Shown: positions 1 to 10,271, numbered from the stretch's first letter. The stretch is 64,000 bases of DNA from a bacterium (GCA_043815505.1 JBDRIV010000002.1:438943-502942); one strand, 5' to 3'. The notes: generated by a model from the letters alone, not told the origin. Numbers and translations: made by a program.

Positions 1-36
1 GGTAGCGGAAGAAAACCATCAGCTGAAAAAACTTAA
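1..36 (+). CDS. rpsM: 30S ribosomal protein S13, C-terminal fragment (partial)
   Basis: Frame 1 reads GSGRKPSAEKT*; sits directly upstream of rpsK, the canonical rpsM position. Confidence 0.75.
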   Translation, partial: GSGRKPSAEKT

Positions 37-44
37 AATTATTT

Positions 45-515
45 ATGACAGAAGAAGTAAAAATAACCGAAGCCAATAAGGAGCCTCAAGAAAAAGTTGA
101 GGTTGAAAAGGATATTAAGAAGAAAACTAAAGTTGTAAAGGACAAAAAGAAGAAAAGGATTAAACACAAAGTGGCTACCGGAATTGTTTTTGTGCAATCA
201 ACATACAATAACACGATTGTAAATATAACAGACAGTAAAGGAAATGCGCTAGCCTGGTCCAGTTCTGGAGCAGTTGGTTTTAAAGGTGCAAAGAAATCAA
301 CGCCTTATGCTGCTACCATTGTAGTAAATGATGTAATGGAGAAAATAAAAGATGTTGGTTTGTCACAAATAGATATAATTGTGAAAGGCGTGGGAGGCGG
401 AAAAGAATCTGCTATCAGAGCTTTAGCAACATATAATTTAGAAGTTAAATCAATTAAGGATGTCACACCCATTCCACATAATGGATGTCGTCCACCGAAA
501 GTAAGACGAGTATAA
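45..515 (+). CDS. rpsK: 30S ribosomal protein S11 with charged N-terminal extension
   Basis: STYNNTIV, GFKGAKKSTPYAA, DVTPIPHNGCRPPKVRRV. Confidence 0.98.
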   Translation: MTEEVKITEANKEPQEKVEVEKDIKKKTKVVKDKKKKRIKHKVATGIVFVQSTYNNTIVNITDSKGNALAWSSSGAVGFKGAKKSTPYAATIVVNDVMEKIKDVGLSQIDIIVKGVGGGKESAIRALATYNLEVKSIKDVTPIPHNGCRPPKVRRV

Positions 516-1145
516 ATGGCTAGAAATTTAGATCCACAATGCAAAAGATGTCGCCGTGAAGGTGAAAAACTATTCCTCAAAGGAGAGCGTTGTTTTTCGC
601 CTAAATGTGCAATTATTAAAAGAAATTATCCACCGGGTGTCCATGGCCAAACTGGACGCGGACGAAAAATTTCAGAATATGGTAGACAACTAAGAGAAAA
701 GCAAAAAGCAAAAAATATTTACGGAATATTAGAAAGCCAAATGCGTAAATATTATGAAGAAGCTGCCAAAGGTGGTGGAGTTACTGGTTCTGTTTTAATG
801 CAAATCTTGGAAAGTAGAATTGATAATGTTGTATTTAGATTAGGTTTTGCTGATTCCAGAACGCAAGCTAGACAACTTGTTAATCATGGTCACATTGAAG
901 TTGATGGAAAAAAAGTTAAAACACCATCATTTCAAGTGAAATCGGGAATGCAAATTAAGGTTAGAGAAATAAGTGATAAAAAGAATTATTTTATTAAAAA
1001 AGCTAAAGAGCAGGAGAAAGATGTTCCTTCTTGGCTAATTAAGAAATTGAAAAAACTTGAAGGAGAAGTTAAAAATTTACCAACCAAAAAAGATTTAGAA
1101 TATAATATTGATACTCAACTTATCGTAGAGTATTACTCACGTTAA
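516..1145 (+). CDS. rpsD: 30S ribosomal protein S4 (Cys-containing type)
   Basis: CKRCRREGEKLFLKGERC, LREKQK, LESRIDNVVFRLG, IVEYYSR. Confidence 0.98.
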   Translation: MARNLDPQCKRCRREGEKLFLKGERCFSPKCAIIKRNYPPGVHGQTGRGRKISEYGRQLREKQKAKNIYGILESQMRKYYEEAAKGGGVTGSVLMQILESRIDNVVFRLGFADSRTQARQLVNHGHIEVDGKKVKTPSFQVKSGMQIKVREISDKKNYFIKKAKEQEKDVPSWLIKKLKKLEGEVKNLPTKKDLEYNIDTQLIVEYYSR

Positions 1146-1162
1146 AATATTAGTAAAAAACT

Positions 1163-2128
1163 ATGGACAATAACAACATTTTTGAACCAATTCCATTACC
1201 AAATGAAATCAAGGTAGAAAACGCTAAAGGAAATTCAGCTGATATTATTATACAGCCATGTTTTCCAGGTTTTGGAAATACAATTGGTAATGCTCTAAGA
1301 AGAGTTTTGTTATCTTCTTTGTCAGGATCCGCTGTAACCTCAGTAAAAATTAAAGGTGTTGATCACGAATTTTCTTCAATTGATAATGTGAAAGAAGATG
1401 TTCTTTCCATAATTTTGAATCTCAAAGGACTAAATTTGAAAGTCCATTCTGATGAACCTGTAAGAATGAAAATTAATGCTTCTGGCAAAAAAGAAATTAA
1501 AGCTTCAGATATTGAAACCACCAGTGATGTAGAAATAGTTGAAAAAGATCATCACATTGCCACCCTTACTCATCCTGATTCAAAATTGGAAATGGAAATA
1601 GTGGCTGACAGAGGGAGAGGTTATGTTCCAGTCGAACAAAAAGATAAAAAAGAATTAGAAGTAGGTATGATCCTTATAGATTCAATTTATTCACCAGTAA
1701 TTAAAGTGGGATATCATATTGATAACATGCGCGTTGGTCAGATGACTAATTTTAATAGAATTACTTTAAAAGTTACAACTGACGGCTCAGTTTCTCCTAA
1801 GGATGCAGTAAAACAATCAGCTGAAATACTTATTAATCATTTTCAGAAAATTGTAAATCCAGCTGAAGTTGAAACAAAGGCAGAAAAAAAGATAAAGAAA
1901 AAAGAAAAAGAAGAAAATGATGAAAAAACTGAAATAACAATCGAAGATTTAAAACTATCTGCTAGAACAAAAAATGCTTTAGTAAACGGAAATTTGAACT
2001 CAATTAATGATATTTGTAAAAAAAGTTCGAGTGAATTAATGGATTTAGAAGGGTTTGGGGCCAGAGCTTTGGATGAAGTGCGGTCGGCCTTGGACAAAAA
2101 AGAAATTAAACATATGTTAGATTCATAA
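1163..2128 (+). CDS. rpoA: RNA polymerase alpha subunit
   Basis: GFGNTIGNALRRVLLSS, HEFSSI, GRGYVP, alpha-CTD LSARTKNAL; alpha operon context. Confidence 0.98.
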   Translation: MDNNNIFEPIPLPNEIKVENAKGNSADIIIQPCFPGFGNTIGNALRRVLLSSLSGSAVTSVKIKGVDHEFSSIDNVKEDVLSIILNLKGLNLKVHSDEPVRMKINASGKKEIKASDIETTSDVEIVEKDHHIATLTHPDSKLEMEIVADRGRGYVPVEQKDKKELEVGMILIDSIYSPVIKVGYHIDNMRVGQMTNFNRITLKVTTDGSVSPKDAVKQSAEILINHFQKIVNPAEVETKAEKKIKKKEKEENDEKTEITIEDLKLSARTKNALVNGNLNSINDICKKSSSELMDLEGFGARALDEVRSALDKKEIKHMLDS

Positions 2129-2134
2129 AATTTC

Positions 2135-2485
2135 ATGCGCCATCAGGTTAGAGGAAAAAAACTAGGAAGAAAGAAACATGTCAGAGTTCAACTGATGAAA
2201 AATTTAGCTATCTCTATAATCATGGAGGAAAAAGTAAAAACTACAATCACTAAAGCTAAAATGGTTAGAGGATTAGTTGATAAAGCAATTATATTAGGAA
2301 AAGATGAAAAATTGGCCAGCAAACAAAAATTGCAACAACTTATTACTAATAAAAAAGCTGAAGCAAAATTACGCAAGGAATTAAAGGAAAAATACAAGGA
2401 AAAAGTAAGTGGTTTTACTAGAATTACAAAAATTGGAAAACGATTGGGTGATGCTGCTGAAATGGTAATAATTGAATTAGTATAA
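2135..2485 (+). CDS. rplQ: 50S ribosomal protein L17
   Basis: MRHQ..KKLGR, SGFTRI..RLGDAAEMVIIELV. Confidence 0.97.
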   Translation: MRHQVRGKKLGRKKHVRVQLMKNLAISIIMEEKVKTTITKAKMVRGLVDKAIILGKDEKLASKQKLQQLITNKKAEAKLRKELKEKYKEKVSGFTRITKIGKRLGDAAEMVIIELV

Positions 2486-2907
2486 TGTATAAAACTCACC
2501 ATCAGAAAAAAGAAGATATTAAAAGAAGCTGGCGTTTGTTTGATGCTAGTGGTAAGAGTATTGGCAAACTCGCTTCAGAAATAGCAACAGTTTTAATGGG
2601 AAAAGAGAAAAGTGACTTTTCTTATCATTTAGATCAAGGTGATCATGTGATAGTTGTAAATGCAGCTCAAATTAATATTAAACCAAGAAAATTAGCAGCT
2701 AAAAAATATTTTAATTATAGTGGTTATCCTGGTGGTATGAAGGCATCTAAACAATCGGATTTAATAAAAGATAATCCAAAAATAATAATCGAAAAAGCTG
2801 TTTATAATATGGTAGCCAGTAATCGCTTAAGAAAAGCTCGCATGAAACGACTTCATGTTTATGCAGATGATAAACATCCTTACGCTAAGCAATTAGAAAG
2901 CAAATAA
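2485..2907 (+). CDS. rplM: 50S ribosomal protein L13
   Basis: WRLFDASG, GDHVIVVNA, YSGYPGG, RLHVYADDKHPY. Confidence 0.97.
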   Translation: MYKTHHQKKEDIKRSWRLFDASGKSIGKLASEIATVLMGKEKSDFSYHLDQGDHVIVVNAAQINIKPRKLAAKKYFNYSGYPGGMKASKQSDLIKDNPKIIIEKAVYNMVASNRLRKARMKRLHVYADDKHPYAKQLESK

Positions 2908-3320
2908 TGGAAAAAGAAACGAAAAAAAGAACAGGAAAATATATTTATGCAACCGGTCGTCGCAAGACTTCAATTGCTCGTGTTAGATTATATAAAGGTA
3001 CCGGAGATATGAAAGTTAACGGCATGGAGGCCAAAGCATATTTCCCCACAAAAACCTTACACGATAAAATTAAACAACCGTTAATTCAAAGTGGTCTTGA
3101 TGATAAAATGGATGCTGACATTAAAGCTGTTGGTGGTGGAAAAAATTCACAAGCTGAAGCTGTACGACATGGGATATCGCGTGCTCTAGTTATAAAAGAC
3201 GAGAAATTAAAAAAATCACTCAAGAAAAGTGGCTATTTGAAAAGAGATCCGAGAATGAAAGAAAGAAAGAAATATGGTTTGAAGCGAGCTCGTCGTGCTC
3301 CTCAATGGCAGAAACGTTAA
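2907..3320 (+). CDS. rpsI: 30S ribosomal protein S9
   Basis: TGRRKTSIARV, GGGKNSQAEAVRHGISRAL, KERKKYGLKRARRAPQWQKR. Confidence 0.98.
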   Translation: MEKETKKRTGKYIYATGRRKTSIARVRLYKGTGDMKVNGMEAKAYFPTKTLHDKIKQPLIQSGLDDKMDADIKAVGGGKNSQAEAVRHGISRALVIKDEKLKKSLKKSGYLKRDPRMKERKKYGLKRARRAPQWQKR

Positions 3321-3326
3321 AGAAAC

Positions 3327-3404
3327 CACCCCGCCCCAGTTTTTAAATTAAGAAGGAATATTTACCTGGCTTAATAACTAAATGTTAGAAACTGAAGCGG
3401 GGTG
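3327..3404. repeat. Palindromic element copy 1; probable bidirectional terminator between rpsI and the PEGA gene
   Basis: Arms CACCCCGCCCCAGTTTTTAA (3327-3346) and TTAGAAACTGAAGCGGGGTG (3385-3404), 17/20 complementary, T-run follows. Confidence 0.8.
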
Positions 3405-3410
3405 ATTTTT

Positions 3411-4760
3411 TTATTGATAAATTAGTTTTTGCAAAGAGTCACTAATATTAAGATATATATTTTCAGTATTTAAAAATATGATGTTATTATTTTCTAATTC
3501 CAAATTATCTAGCAGAGTAAACTGATTGATCTGACCACGTGTGTCAATTTCAATTAAATTAAGATTTGCAGAAGTTGTATAAAATAAATTGTTGCTATCT
3601 TGATGCCAAATAAGATTATTAATAGGTTTAGATAATCTAGTTAAAAATCGAATAGATGTTTTTTTATCATTATTTGTAACCACATAAAGTTCACCAGCCG
3701 AAGAAAAGGCAAATTTTGTTTTATCAGGTGCAATGGTTATGTTATCAATATTATAATCGAGCTTCAGCAAATTATCGAACCATAAAACATAACTCCAATT
3801 ATCAGAATCATTTGTTAAAAGCAAACTTCCCTTGTTGATATTTAAATGAAGATTAGCATTAGAAAAAGAAGTTATAGGTTCAAATTGGTTGCCAGTAAAA
3901 GACCAAAGATATTGTAAATTACTATCTTCATAGTAACTTAATAAATAAAGCTTATTATTGTAAAATTTTAATTCCGTAAAAGCTTGATCTGGATTAGAAA
4001 TTAAAGGAATTATATTGCCGTTTAGATTTTGCTCATGGAGAGTGTTTTGTAACAAGTAATAGACTGTATTACTATCTGCTGAAAAAGTTATATTTGAAAT
4101 ATTATCTCGGTATTTAATTTTAATGGAACGATTAGCTAAATCAATTAAATAGTGTGAAATAGTATCAGCAAAGCTTTTTCGCAATAGCAAATAATTATTG
4201 TTAGGAGAAAATTCCAAAATAGAAAATATCGCTTCATTTTCAAGCTCTGGAAATAGAGTGATAAGATTTAAGGAAAATGTGTCAGAATTTTCTAAATTAT
4301 ATATAAGTATTTCTTTACCATTTTCACTAAGTTGAGCTAAAAGAGTCGCAGTATCATTTAAAACAAGATTGTTTGGAGAAAGATTAATAACGTTTTCACT
4401 CGTTGCGCTTTCCCTTGGTAGTATCACATTATTTATAGTGGTCACAAGCGAAGCTTCTACCGGTAATGTTTTATGCCAAGTCTGATAACCTGATTTACTA
4501 ATTTCAATTTCATAATCTCCGGGCAACAAACCTTTGATACGATGGGGAGTTTTCTCATTCTCTAATTTACCATCCAAATAAACTTCAGCGTCCTCAGGAC
4601 TGGCTTTGATATAGAAAAAACCAACCTTAACAATTTCATTATTAGTAAAGTCGTAACGCCAACCAGCCGCATAAAAAGATATAAAAGAGGCGACGGATAA
4701 AAAAATGAGTACCGCTATAATTAGCAAAATGATACGTTGATATCTGGGAATAGTTGACAT
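3411..4760 (-). CDS. Membrane-anchored PEGA-domain protein with probable beta-propeller C-terminus
   Basis: N-terminal TM, then PEGA-like KASPEDAEVYLDG..TP..IKGLLPGDYEIEISKSGYQTW; FSPNN/FSADS/WHQDS propeller-like repeats. Confidence 0.8.
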   Translation of the reverse strand: MSTIPRYQRIILLIIAVLIFLSVASFISFYAAGWRYDFTNNEIVKVGFFYIKASPEDAEVYLDGKLENEKTPHRIKGLLPGDYEIEISKSGYQTWHKTLPVEASLVTTINNVILPRESATSENVINLSPNNLVLNDTATLLAQLSENGKEILIYNLENSDTFSLNLITLFPELENEAIFSILEFSPNNNYLLLRKSFADTISHYLIDLANRSIKIKYRDNISNITFSADSNTVYYLLQNTLHEQNLNGNIIPLISNPDQAFTELKFYNNKLYLLSYYEDSNLQYLWSFTGNQFEPITSFSNANLHLNINKGSLLLTNDSDNWSYVLWFDNLLKLDYNIDNITIAPDKTKFAFSSAGELYVVTNNDKKTSIRFLTRLSKPINNLIWHQDSNNLFYTTSANLNLIEIDTRGQINQFTLLDNLELENNNIIFLNTENIYLNISDSLQKLIYQ

Positions 4761-4767
4761 AATAATT

Positions 4768-4795
4768 AGTTTATCAGTCTGAAAAAAATAGTAAA
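4768..4795 (-). promoter_or_regulatory. Sigma70-type promoter of the PEGA gene, probably leaderless
   Basis: Minus strand TTTACT-16-TAAACT with extended TG; -10 ends 7 nt before the ATG. Confidence 0.45.
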
Positions 4796-4804
4796 GAGAT
4801 GCCC

Positions 4805-4833
4805 TTGAAAATTACTAAAGTTTACAGTATAGT
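4805..4833 (+). promoter_or_regulatory. Sigma70-type promoter of the murA operon
   Basis: TTGAAA-17-TATAGT. Confidence 0.65.
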
Positions 4834-4855
4834 AAGAGGGTATAAAATATAACTT

Positions 4856-6118
4856 ATGGACAAATTTATTATTCAAGGCAATAAGGAATTAGCAGGTGAA
4901 ATAAAAGTTGCCGGGGCTAAAAATTCAGCTCTCAAACTAATCGCTTCAAGTTTACTCTCAAAAGAAGAGTGTGTTTTTTCTAATGTTCCGAGAATTGTAG
5001 AAATTGATTATATGATTGAACTGCTAGAATCAATTGGTGCTGAAACTAAATGGTTAGAAGATAACAAATTGCAAGTTCAATGTGCTGATATAAAAAATAC
5101 AAAACTAGATGCCAATATTGTCAAGAATTTTCGTTCGTCAATCATGACCTTAACGCCACTTCTGGCCAGATTTGGAGAAGTGGATTTTTATTATCCTGGT
5201 GGTTGTATGATTGGCAAGCGACCAATTGATATTTATTTGGATGGCTTTTCTGAATTTGGTATCGAGTATAAGCAAAATGGAGACAATTTAATTTTTAAGG
5301 TTAATAATCTAAAAGGCTCAAAGTTTGTATTTCCCTGGATAAGTCATACTGTAACTGAAAGTTTAATTATGTTAGCCGTTCTAGCTCCTGGAAAATCAAC
5401 TTTAATTAACACAGCCGCAGAGGTTGAAGTGGTACAGTTATGTGAATTTTTAAATGCTCGGGGAGCTAAAATTAAAGGTATGGGTTCGACCCAAATTGAA
5501 ATTGAAGGAGTAGAATCTTTAAGCGGCGGAGATGTAGAAATTATTCCTGACCGTATAGAAACTGGAACCTTTGCGGTACTCGGCGCTTTACTTGCCAAGG
5601 ACTTGGTAATTAAAAATTGTAATCCTAATCACCTAGAAGTTTTCTGGAAAGTTCTAAATAAAATGGGTGTTGAATTCGAGCTTTTTGATACGGAAGTAAA
5701 AATAAAAAAAGCTAGTAATTTAAAACCAACAGAAATTAGAACCCATGAGTATCCAGGACTGGTAACAGATTTGCAACCACCGCTTACATTACTGGCTACC
5801 CAAAGTCAGGGAATGTCGCTAGTGCACGAGACAATATATGAAGGACGACTATTCTATACCGATTTTTTAAATCGTATGGGAGCCAATATAGTAATGTGTG
5901 ATCCGCATCGAGTAGTTGTTAATGGGCCAACCAAACTTTACGGAGCGAAATTAGAAAGTCCAGATATTAGAGCCGGCATTACTCTAGTCATTGCTGCTCT
6001 GCTAGCCGAGGGCGAAAGTGAAATTGCTAATATTAAACAAATTGATAGAGGTTATGAAAATATTGAGAAGCGTTTAAATAATTTAGGAGCTAAAATTTCA
6101 AGAGTAAAAGTAGAATAA
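4856..6118 (+). CDS. murA: UDP-N-acetylglucosamine 1-carboxyvinyltransferase
   Basis: GAKNSAL, PGGCMIGKRPID, IIPDRIETGT, YPGLVTDLQP, DIRAG, IDRGYE. Confidence 0.97.
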   Translation: MDKFIIQGNKELAGEIKVAGAKNSALKLIASSLLSKEECVFSNVPRIVEIDYMIELLESIGAETKWLEDNKLQVQCADIKNTKLDANIVKNFRSSIMTLTPLLARFGEVDFYYPGGCMIGKRPIDIYLDGFSEFGIEYKQNGDNLIFKVNNLKGSKFVFPWISHTVTESLIMLAVLAPGKSTLINTAAEVEVVQLCEFLNARGAKIKGMGSTQIEIEGVESLSGGDVEIIPDRIETGTFAVLGALLAKDLVIKNCNPNHLEVFWKVLNKMGVEFELFDTEVKIKKASNLKPTEIRTHEYPGLVTDLQPPLTLLATQSQGMSLVHETIYEGRLFYTDFLNRMGANIVMCDPHRVVVNGPTKLYGAKLESPDIRAGITLVIAALLAEGESEIANIKQIDRGYENIEKRLNNLGAKISRVKVE

Positions 6119-7125
6119 TGTTTACAAAAAAAGTAGCTATTGATTTAGGTACAGCCAACACTTTAGTCCACGTTCCCAAACGGGGAATTATTATAAATGA
6201 ACCATCGGTAGTGGCTGTGTCCATGGATGACAATAAAATTTTGGCCGTTGGTAATGAAGCTAAAGAAATGCTGGGACGAACTCCGGATACCATTGTTGCC
6301 AATAGACCTTTAAAGGATGGGGTAATTGCTGATTATAGAGTAACTGAGGCGATGCTGAGATATTTTATTACCAAGGCTGTAGGAAACGTTAGATTTCTTA
6401 GACCAGAAGTTATGGTATCAATTCCCGCTGGTATAACTTCAACTGAAAGAAGAGCGGTGATTGATGCTACTATGCAGGCTGGTGCAAAAGCAGCTTATGT
6501 TATTAAGGAGCCAATCTCGGCTGCTATTGGAGCTGGTATACCCATTGGGCAATCCAGTGGTAATATGATTATTGATATTGGAGGTGGAACAACAGAAGTG
6601 GCCGTAATTTCTTTGGGAGGAATCGTGGCTTCAAATTCTGTTCGGGTAGCCGGTAATAAACTGGATAAAGCCATTGCAGATTATGTCAGAAAAAAACATG
6701 GTTTAGCTATTGGTGACAGAACAGCTGAAGATATAAAAATTCATATTGGCAGCGCTTTACCTGAAGAGGAAGAAAGAGAAATGGACATTAGAGGACGTGA
6801 TATGGTTATGGGTCTACCAAAAACAATTAGTATTAGTTCTAACGAAATAACAGAAGCTATTCAAGAACCTTTGCGAGAAATCATTCAAGCTGTGAAGGCA
6901 GTGTTACAAGAAACTCCTCCTGAATTGGCAGCTGACGTTATGGATAAAGGAATAATTATGAGTGGTGGCGGAGCTTTACTTCGCAATCTCGACCAATTAA
7001 TTGCCGATGCCACGGGAGTTCCGTGTTATGTTTCCGATGATCCATTGCTAGCTGTTGCTAAAGGAACTGGCATTGCTTTAGATAATCTTGATTCCTACAA
7101 GCGAAGCATTTTATCTACTAAGTAA
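6118..7125 (+). CDS. mreB: Actin-like rod shape protein MreB/Mbl, paralogue 1
   Basis: IDLGTANT, EPSVVA, RPLKDGVIAD, DIGGGTTEVAVISLGG. Confidence 0.95.
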   Translation: MFTKKVAIDLGTANTLVHVPKRGIIINEPSVVAVSMDDNKILAVGNEAKEMLGRTPDTIVANRPLKDGVIADYRVTEAMLRYFITKAVGNVRFLRPEVMVSIPAGITSTERRAVIDATMQAGAKAAYVIKEPISAAIGAGIPIGQSSGNMIIDIGGGTTEVAVISLGGIVASNSVRVAGNKLDKAIADYVRKKHGLAIGDRTAEDIKIHIGSALPEEEEREMDIRGRDMVMGLPKTISISSNEITEAIQEPLREIIQAVKAVLQETPPELAADVMDKGIIMSGGGALLRNLDQLIADATGVPCYVSDDPLLAVAKGTGIALDNLDSYKRSILSTK

Positions 7126-7131
7126 AAATTC

Positions 7132-8229
7132 ATGACCATTGGCATTGATGCGTCTCGAACTGTAAAGAAACTTCGAACTGGGACTGAGCAATACAGTTGG
7201 CAAATTTTAAAAGCTTTAGCCAAAATTGAAACGCCGCACCAGTTTATTTTGTATTTACCAAAAGATCCTAAAGAAATAAAACATCTTAAAAAAGATGAAT
7301 TAGAGTTTTGGGAAAATCTTCCTCAAAACTTTTTGATAAAAGTAATAAAATTTAGAAAATTTTGGACCCTAATTGGTCTAAGTATCGAAATGTTAAAAAA
7401 TCCTCCCGATGTTTTGTTTGTTCCTGCTCATGCTTTACCTATTATTTTACCTAAAAAAACAGTGATAACTCTGCATGGCACAGAATATATTGATTATAAA
7501 GAAGCATATTCTAAATTTGATCGCTGGTATTTGAATTACACTACTAAAAAAGCCTTGCAGGAAGCAAGTAAGGTAATAACCGTTTCTCATACTGCTAAGA
7601 AAAAATTCTTTCGCTATTATCCCAGTTCTGATCCCAGCAAAGTGGTAACAATTTATCACGGGGTGGAATGCGTTGACCCAGAACTCGAAAATGGCCAAGT
7701 AAATGAAAAACCATATTTTCTGTTTATTGGCTCTTTAGTTAAATGGAAAAATATTGATTTTCTAATTAAAGCTTTTCAAACTCTAGCCAGAAAATATGAT
7801 TTAATAATCGTGGGAAATAAAACTGGTTATTATCAAGAACTAAAAAATATTTGTCATAAATTAAATATAGAAAAAGAAGTACAGTTTTTAGGATATGTTT
7901 CGGAAAAAAAGAAATGGCAATTATTAACAGCCGCCGAAGCTTTGGTGGAACCTTCTTTATCAGGAGGTTTTGGTATGACAATTTATGAGGCCATGTGTGC
8001 CGAAACACCAGTATGTTTAGCTGATACTGAACTTTTTCGAGAAGTGGCTGGTAACGCTGGCTGGTATTTCAATATCAAGTCAGAAGTGAGCTTGACAGAT
8101 AGTTTGAATAAGATAATTAATAATAATGATCTCAGGAATAAAAAAACATCTTTAGGCAAAGAATTAATACGAAAAGCAGATTGGACACAAGTTGCTAAAG
8201 ATACTTTAAAAGTAATAACGGAAGCCTAA
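7132..8229 (+). CDS. Glycosyltransferase family 4 (GT-B)
   Basis: IGIDAS..RTGTEQY N-terminus; PSLSGGFGMTIYEAM variant of the ExFG...E motif. Confidence 0.85.
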   Translation: MTIGIDASRTVKKLRTGTEQYSWQILKALAKIETPHQFILYLPKDPKEIKHLKKDELEFWENLPQNFLIKVIKFRKFWTLIGLSIEMLKNPPDVLFVPAHALPIILPKKTVITLHGTEYIDYKEAYSKFDRWYLNYTTKKALQEASKVITVSHTAKKKFFRYYPSSDPSKVVTIYHGVECVDPELENGQVNEKPYFLFIGSLVKWKNIDFLIKAFQTLARKYDLIIVGNKTGYYQELKNICHKLNIEKEVQFLGYVSEKKKWQLLTAAEALVEPSLSGGFGMTIYEAMCAETPVCLADTELFREVAGNAGWYFNIKSEVSLTDSLNKIINNNDLRNKKTSLGKELIRKADWTQVAKDTLKVITEA

Positions 8230-8230
8230 A

Positions 8231-9172
8231 ATGAAAAATAGCTGGTCAATAATTGGTCATCAAAAACAAATTGAATATTTACAGAATTTCATAAGCAACA
8301 ATCAGATTGCTCATGCTTGGTTATTTGTGGGGCCCGGGAAAATTGGCAAAACAACAGTGGCCAAGGAATTTGCCAAGAATCTTCTATGCTTAGATAAGAA
8401 AAATGAATGTGATTGTGATAGTTGTAGAAGTTTTACTAAGAATAATCATCCCGACATTAAAATAATAATGTCAGCCAAGATTCAAATAAAAGATATTCGC
8501 AAAATTAATAAAGAAGTTTGGCAAAAACCAGTTCTGTCAAAAAAAACAGTGGTAATTATAAAAAACGTCAATAGTATGAATAAAGAAGCTGCTAATGCCT
8601 TCTTAAAGACCTTGGAAGAACCACCAAGTAGTACAAGTTTTATTTTAATAAGCCAGAATGCTGAAACATTATTGGAGACAATTATTTCTCGCTGTCAAAT
8701 GTTAAGATTCACCTTAGTAAAAAAAGAAGATATAAAAGCTAGTTTAAAGGAATTGAATCTCCTTTCTGATGACACAGAAAATAAACTAAAACTTTGTATG
8801 GGTCGACCAGGTTTGATGTTAGACATGTTACGAAATCCTAAAAGTTATATAGCAGTTGAAAAAATAGTAAAAAATTTCAATTATCTAAGTAATTCCTCGG
8901 TTGCTAGTAAATTAGTAGTTTTACAAAAATTGGCTAAAGAAGAAAAGCAAACGATCATAAAATATTTGGATATTTGGATATTGTATTTACGTGATATAAT
9001 GAATAGTAAGAGAAAAGCAAAAAATATAGTCGTATTTAAATCTCTTCTAGATAAAGAATTTGAAGGAAAAGAAGCTCAAGAACTAATTAAAGTCTTACTT
9101 CGTATCAAACGAAATCTTTTAAAAACAATTAATGCAAAAACAAGTCTAGAATTAATAAGTTCTAAAATATAA
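8231..9172 (+). CDS. holB: DNA polymerase III delta-prime subunit
   Basis: HAWLFVGPGKIGK, Cys cluster, HPD, AANAFLKTLEEP, TIISRCQ. Confidence 0.9.
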   Translation: MKNSWSIIGHQKQIEYLQNFISNNQIAHAWLFVGPGKIGKTTVAKEFAKNLLCLDKKNECDCDSCRSFTKNNHPDIKIIMSAKIQIKDIRKINKEVWQKPVLSKKTVVIIKNVNSMNKEAANAFLKTLEEPPSSTSFILISQNAETLLETIISRCQMLRFTLVKKEDIKASLKELNLLSDDTENKLKLCMGRPGLMLDMLRNPKSYIAVEKIVKNFNYLSNSSVASKLVVLQKLAKEEKQTIIKYLDIWILYLRDIMNSKRKAKNIVVFKSLLDKEFEGKEAQELIKVLLRIKRNLLKTINAKTSLELISSKI

Positions 9173-9176
9173 ACAT

Positions 9177-10262
9177 ATGAAAAAAACAATTGTTTCTATA
9201 TTTCTAATATTTTTAGTCTTTACGGTAGCTTCGGCCCAACTACCTGGTTGTGGTTCAAGTAGCAAGGAAACGCCAGATACAGGCGGTATTTTTGTAACCA
9301 CCAACAAAGGAGAGTCATGGCAACCAATAGGATTTATGACAACTGGTGAAGCGATCGCTTCAAAATCTATTAATTATTTAAAGCAGGATCCTGCTAACGG
9401 CGATACTATATTCGCTGGGATAAATGGTCAGGGGATGATAAAAAGTGTGGATAGTGGTAATACCTGGGAAAATACAAGTTTAACGGCGGGAACGATTAAA
9501 AGTATAAGTTTTGATACTAAGCAGTCAGCGATCACCGGGCAGTCAGCGATTGTTTATGCTGGCGGAGAATTTTCTGAACGGGGAAAAATATTCAAATCAA
9601 TTGACAATGGAGAAACTTTCACAGAAATATTTTCTGATGCCAATACTGATACTTATATTTCATTTTTAGAAGTTGATTCCTATGAAAATAGTAGAGTATT
9701 TGCGCTTATTTCTTCCGGTGTTTTTATGGTCAGCAATGATTACGGTAATTCTTGGGATTTCAAATACACTTTTGATGATCAAGTAAATTATTTTGCCATT
9801 TCACCACTTGATTCCAGAATTATGTATGCCGTTGAGGATAAGAAGGGATTTTATTTTTCTAATGATGGAGGAAGTTCGTGGGAAGACCTAACAGAAAGCA
9901 TTAATGATTCCTTTGAAGATACTAAAATACTAAGTAATGTTTATGCTATTGCCAAAGATTTTAAAAGTGTTGATAGAATTCACATTTTGACAGAAGATGG
10001 ATTTTATACTTCCAATAATAATGGCAACAATTGGCAAAGTACTGGACCAATAAATCTTCCAGAGCGAGTTAAACACGGTGTAGTAAGAATAAATCCGAAT
10101 AATCGCAATGAAATCTTTCTAGGTCTAAATAATTCCTTTTATCGCTCAACTGATGGTGGAAGCAATTGGTCTGTGTATCAGTTAAATGATAGTATTGTGT
10201 ATGACATATTGATTGACCAGGACGACACAAATAGTGTATATTTAGGAATGCTTAAGAATTAA
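9177..10262 (+). CDS. Exported BNR/Asp-box repeat beta-propeller protein (Ycf48-like), possible lipoprotein
   Basis: Signal peptide with LPGC; repeated SxDxGxxW motifs (SVDSGNTW, SNDYGNSW, SNDGGSSW, STDGGSNW). Confidence 0.8.
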   Translation: MKKTIVSIFLIFLVFTVASAQLPGCGSSSKETPDTGGIFVTTNKGESWQPIGFMTTGEAIASKSINYLKQDPANGDTIFAGINGQGMIKSVDSGNTWENTSLTAGTIKSISFDTKQSAITGQSAIVYAGGEFSERGKIFKSIDNGETFTEIFSDANTDTYISFLEVDSYENSRVFALISSGVFMVSNDYGNSWDFKYTFDDQVNYFAISPLDSRIMYAVEDKKGFYFSNDGGSSWEDLTESINDSFEDTKILSNVYAIAKDFKSVDRIHILTEDGFYTSNNNGNNWQSTGPINLPERVKHGVVRINPNNRNEIFLGLNNSFYRSTDGGSNWSVYQLNDSIVYDILIDQDDTNSVYLGMLKN

Positions 10263-10271
10263 TGGCAATAA

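Noticed and set aside
9521-9550. 12-nt direct repeat GCAGTCAGCGAT at 18-nt period
   Set aside because: Small in-frame duplication (QSAITG-QSAI) in a propeller loop; only two copies
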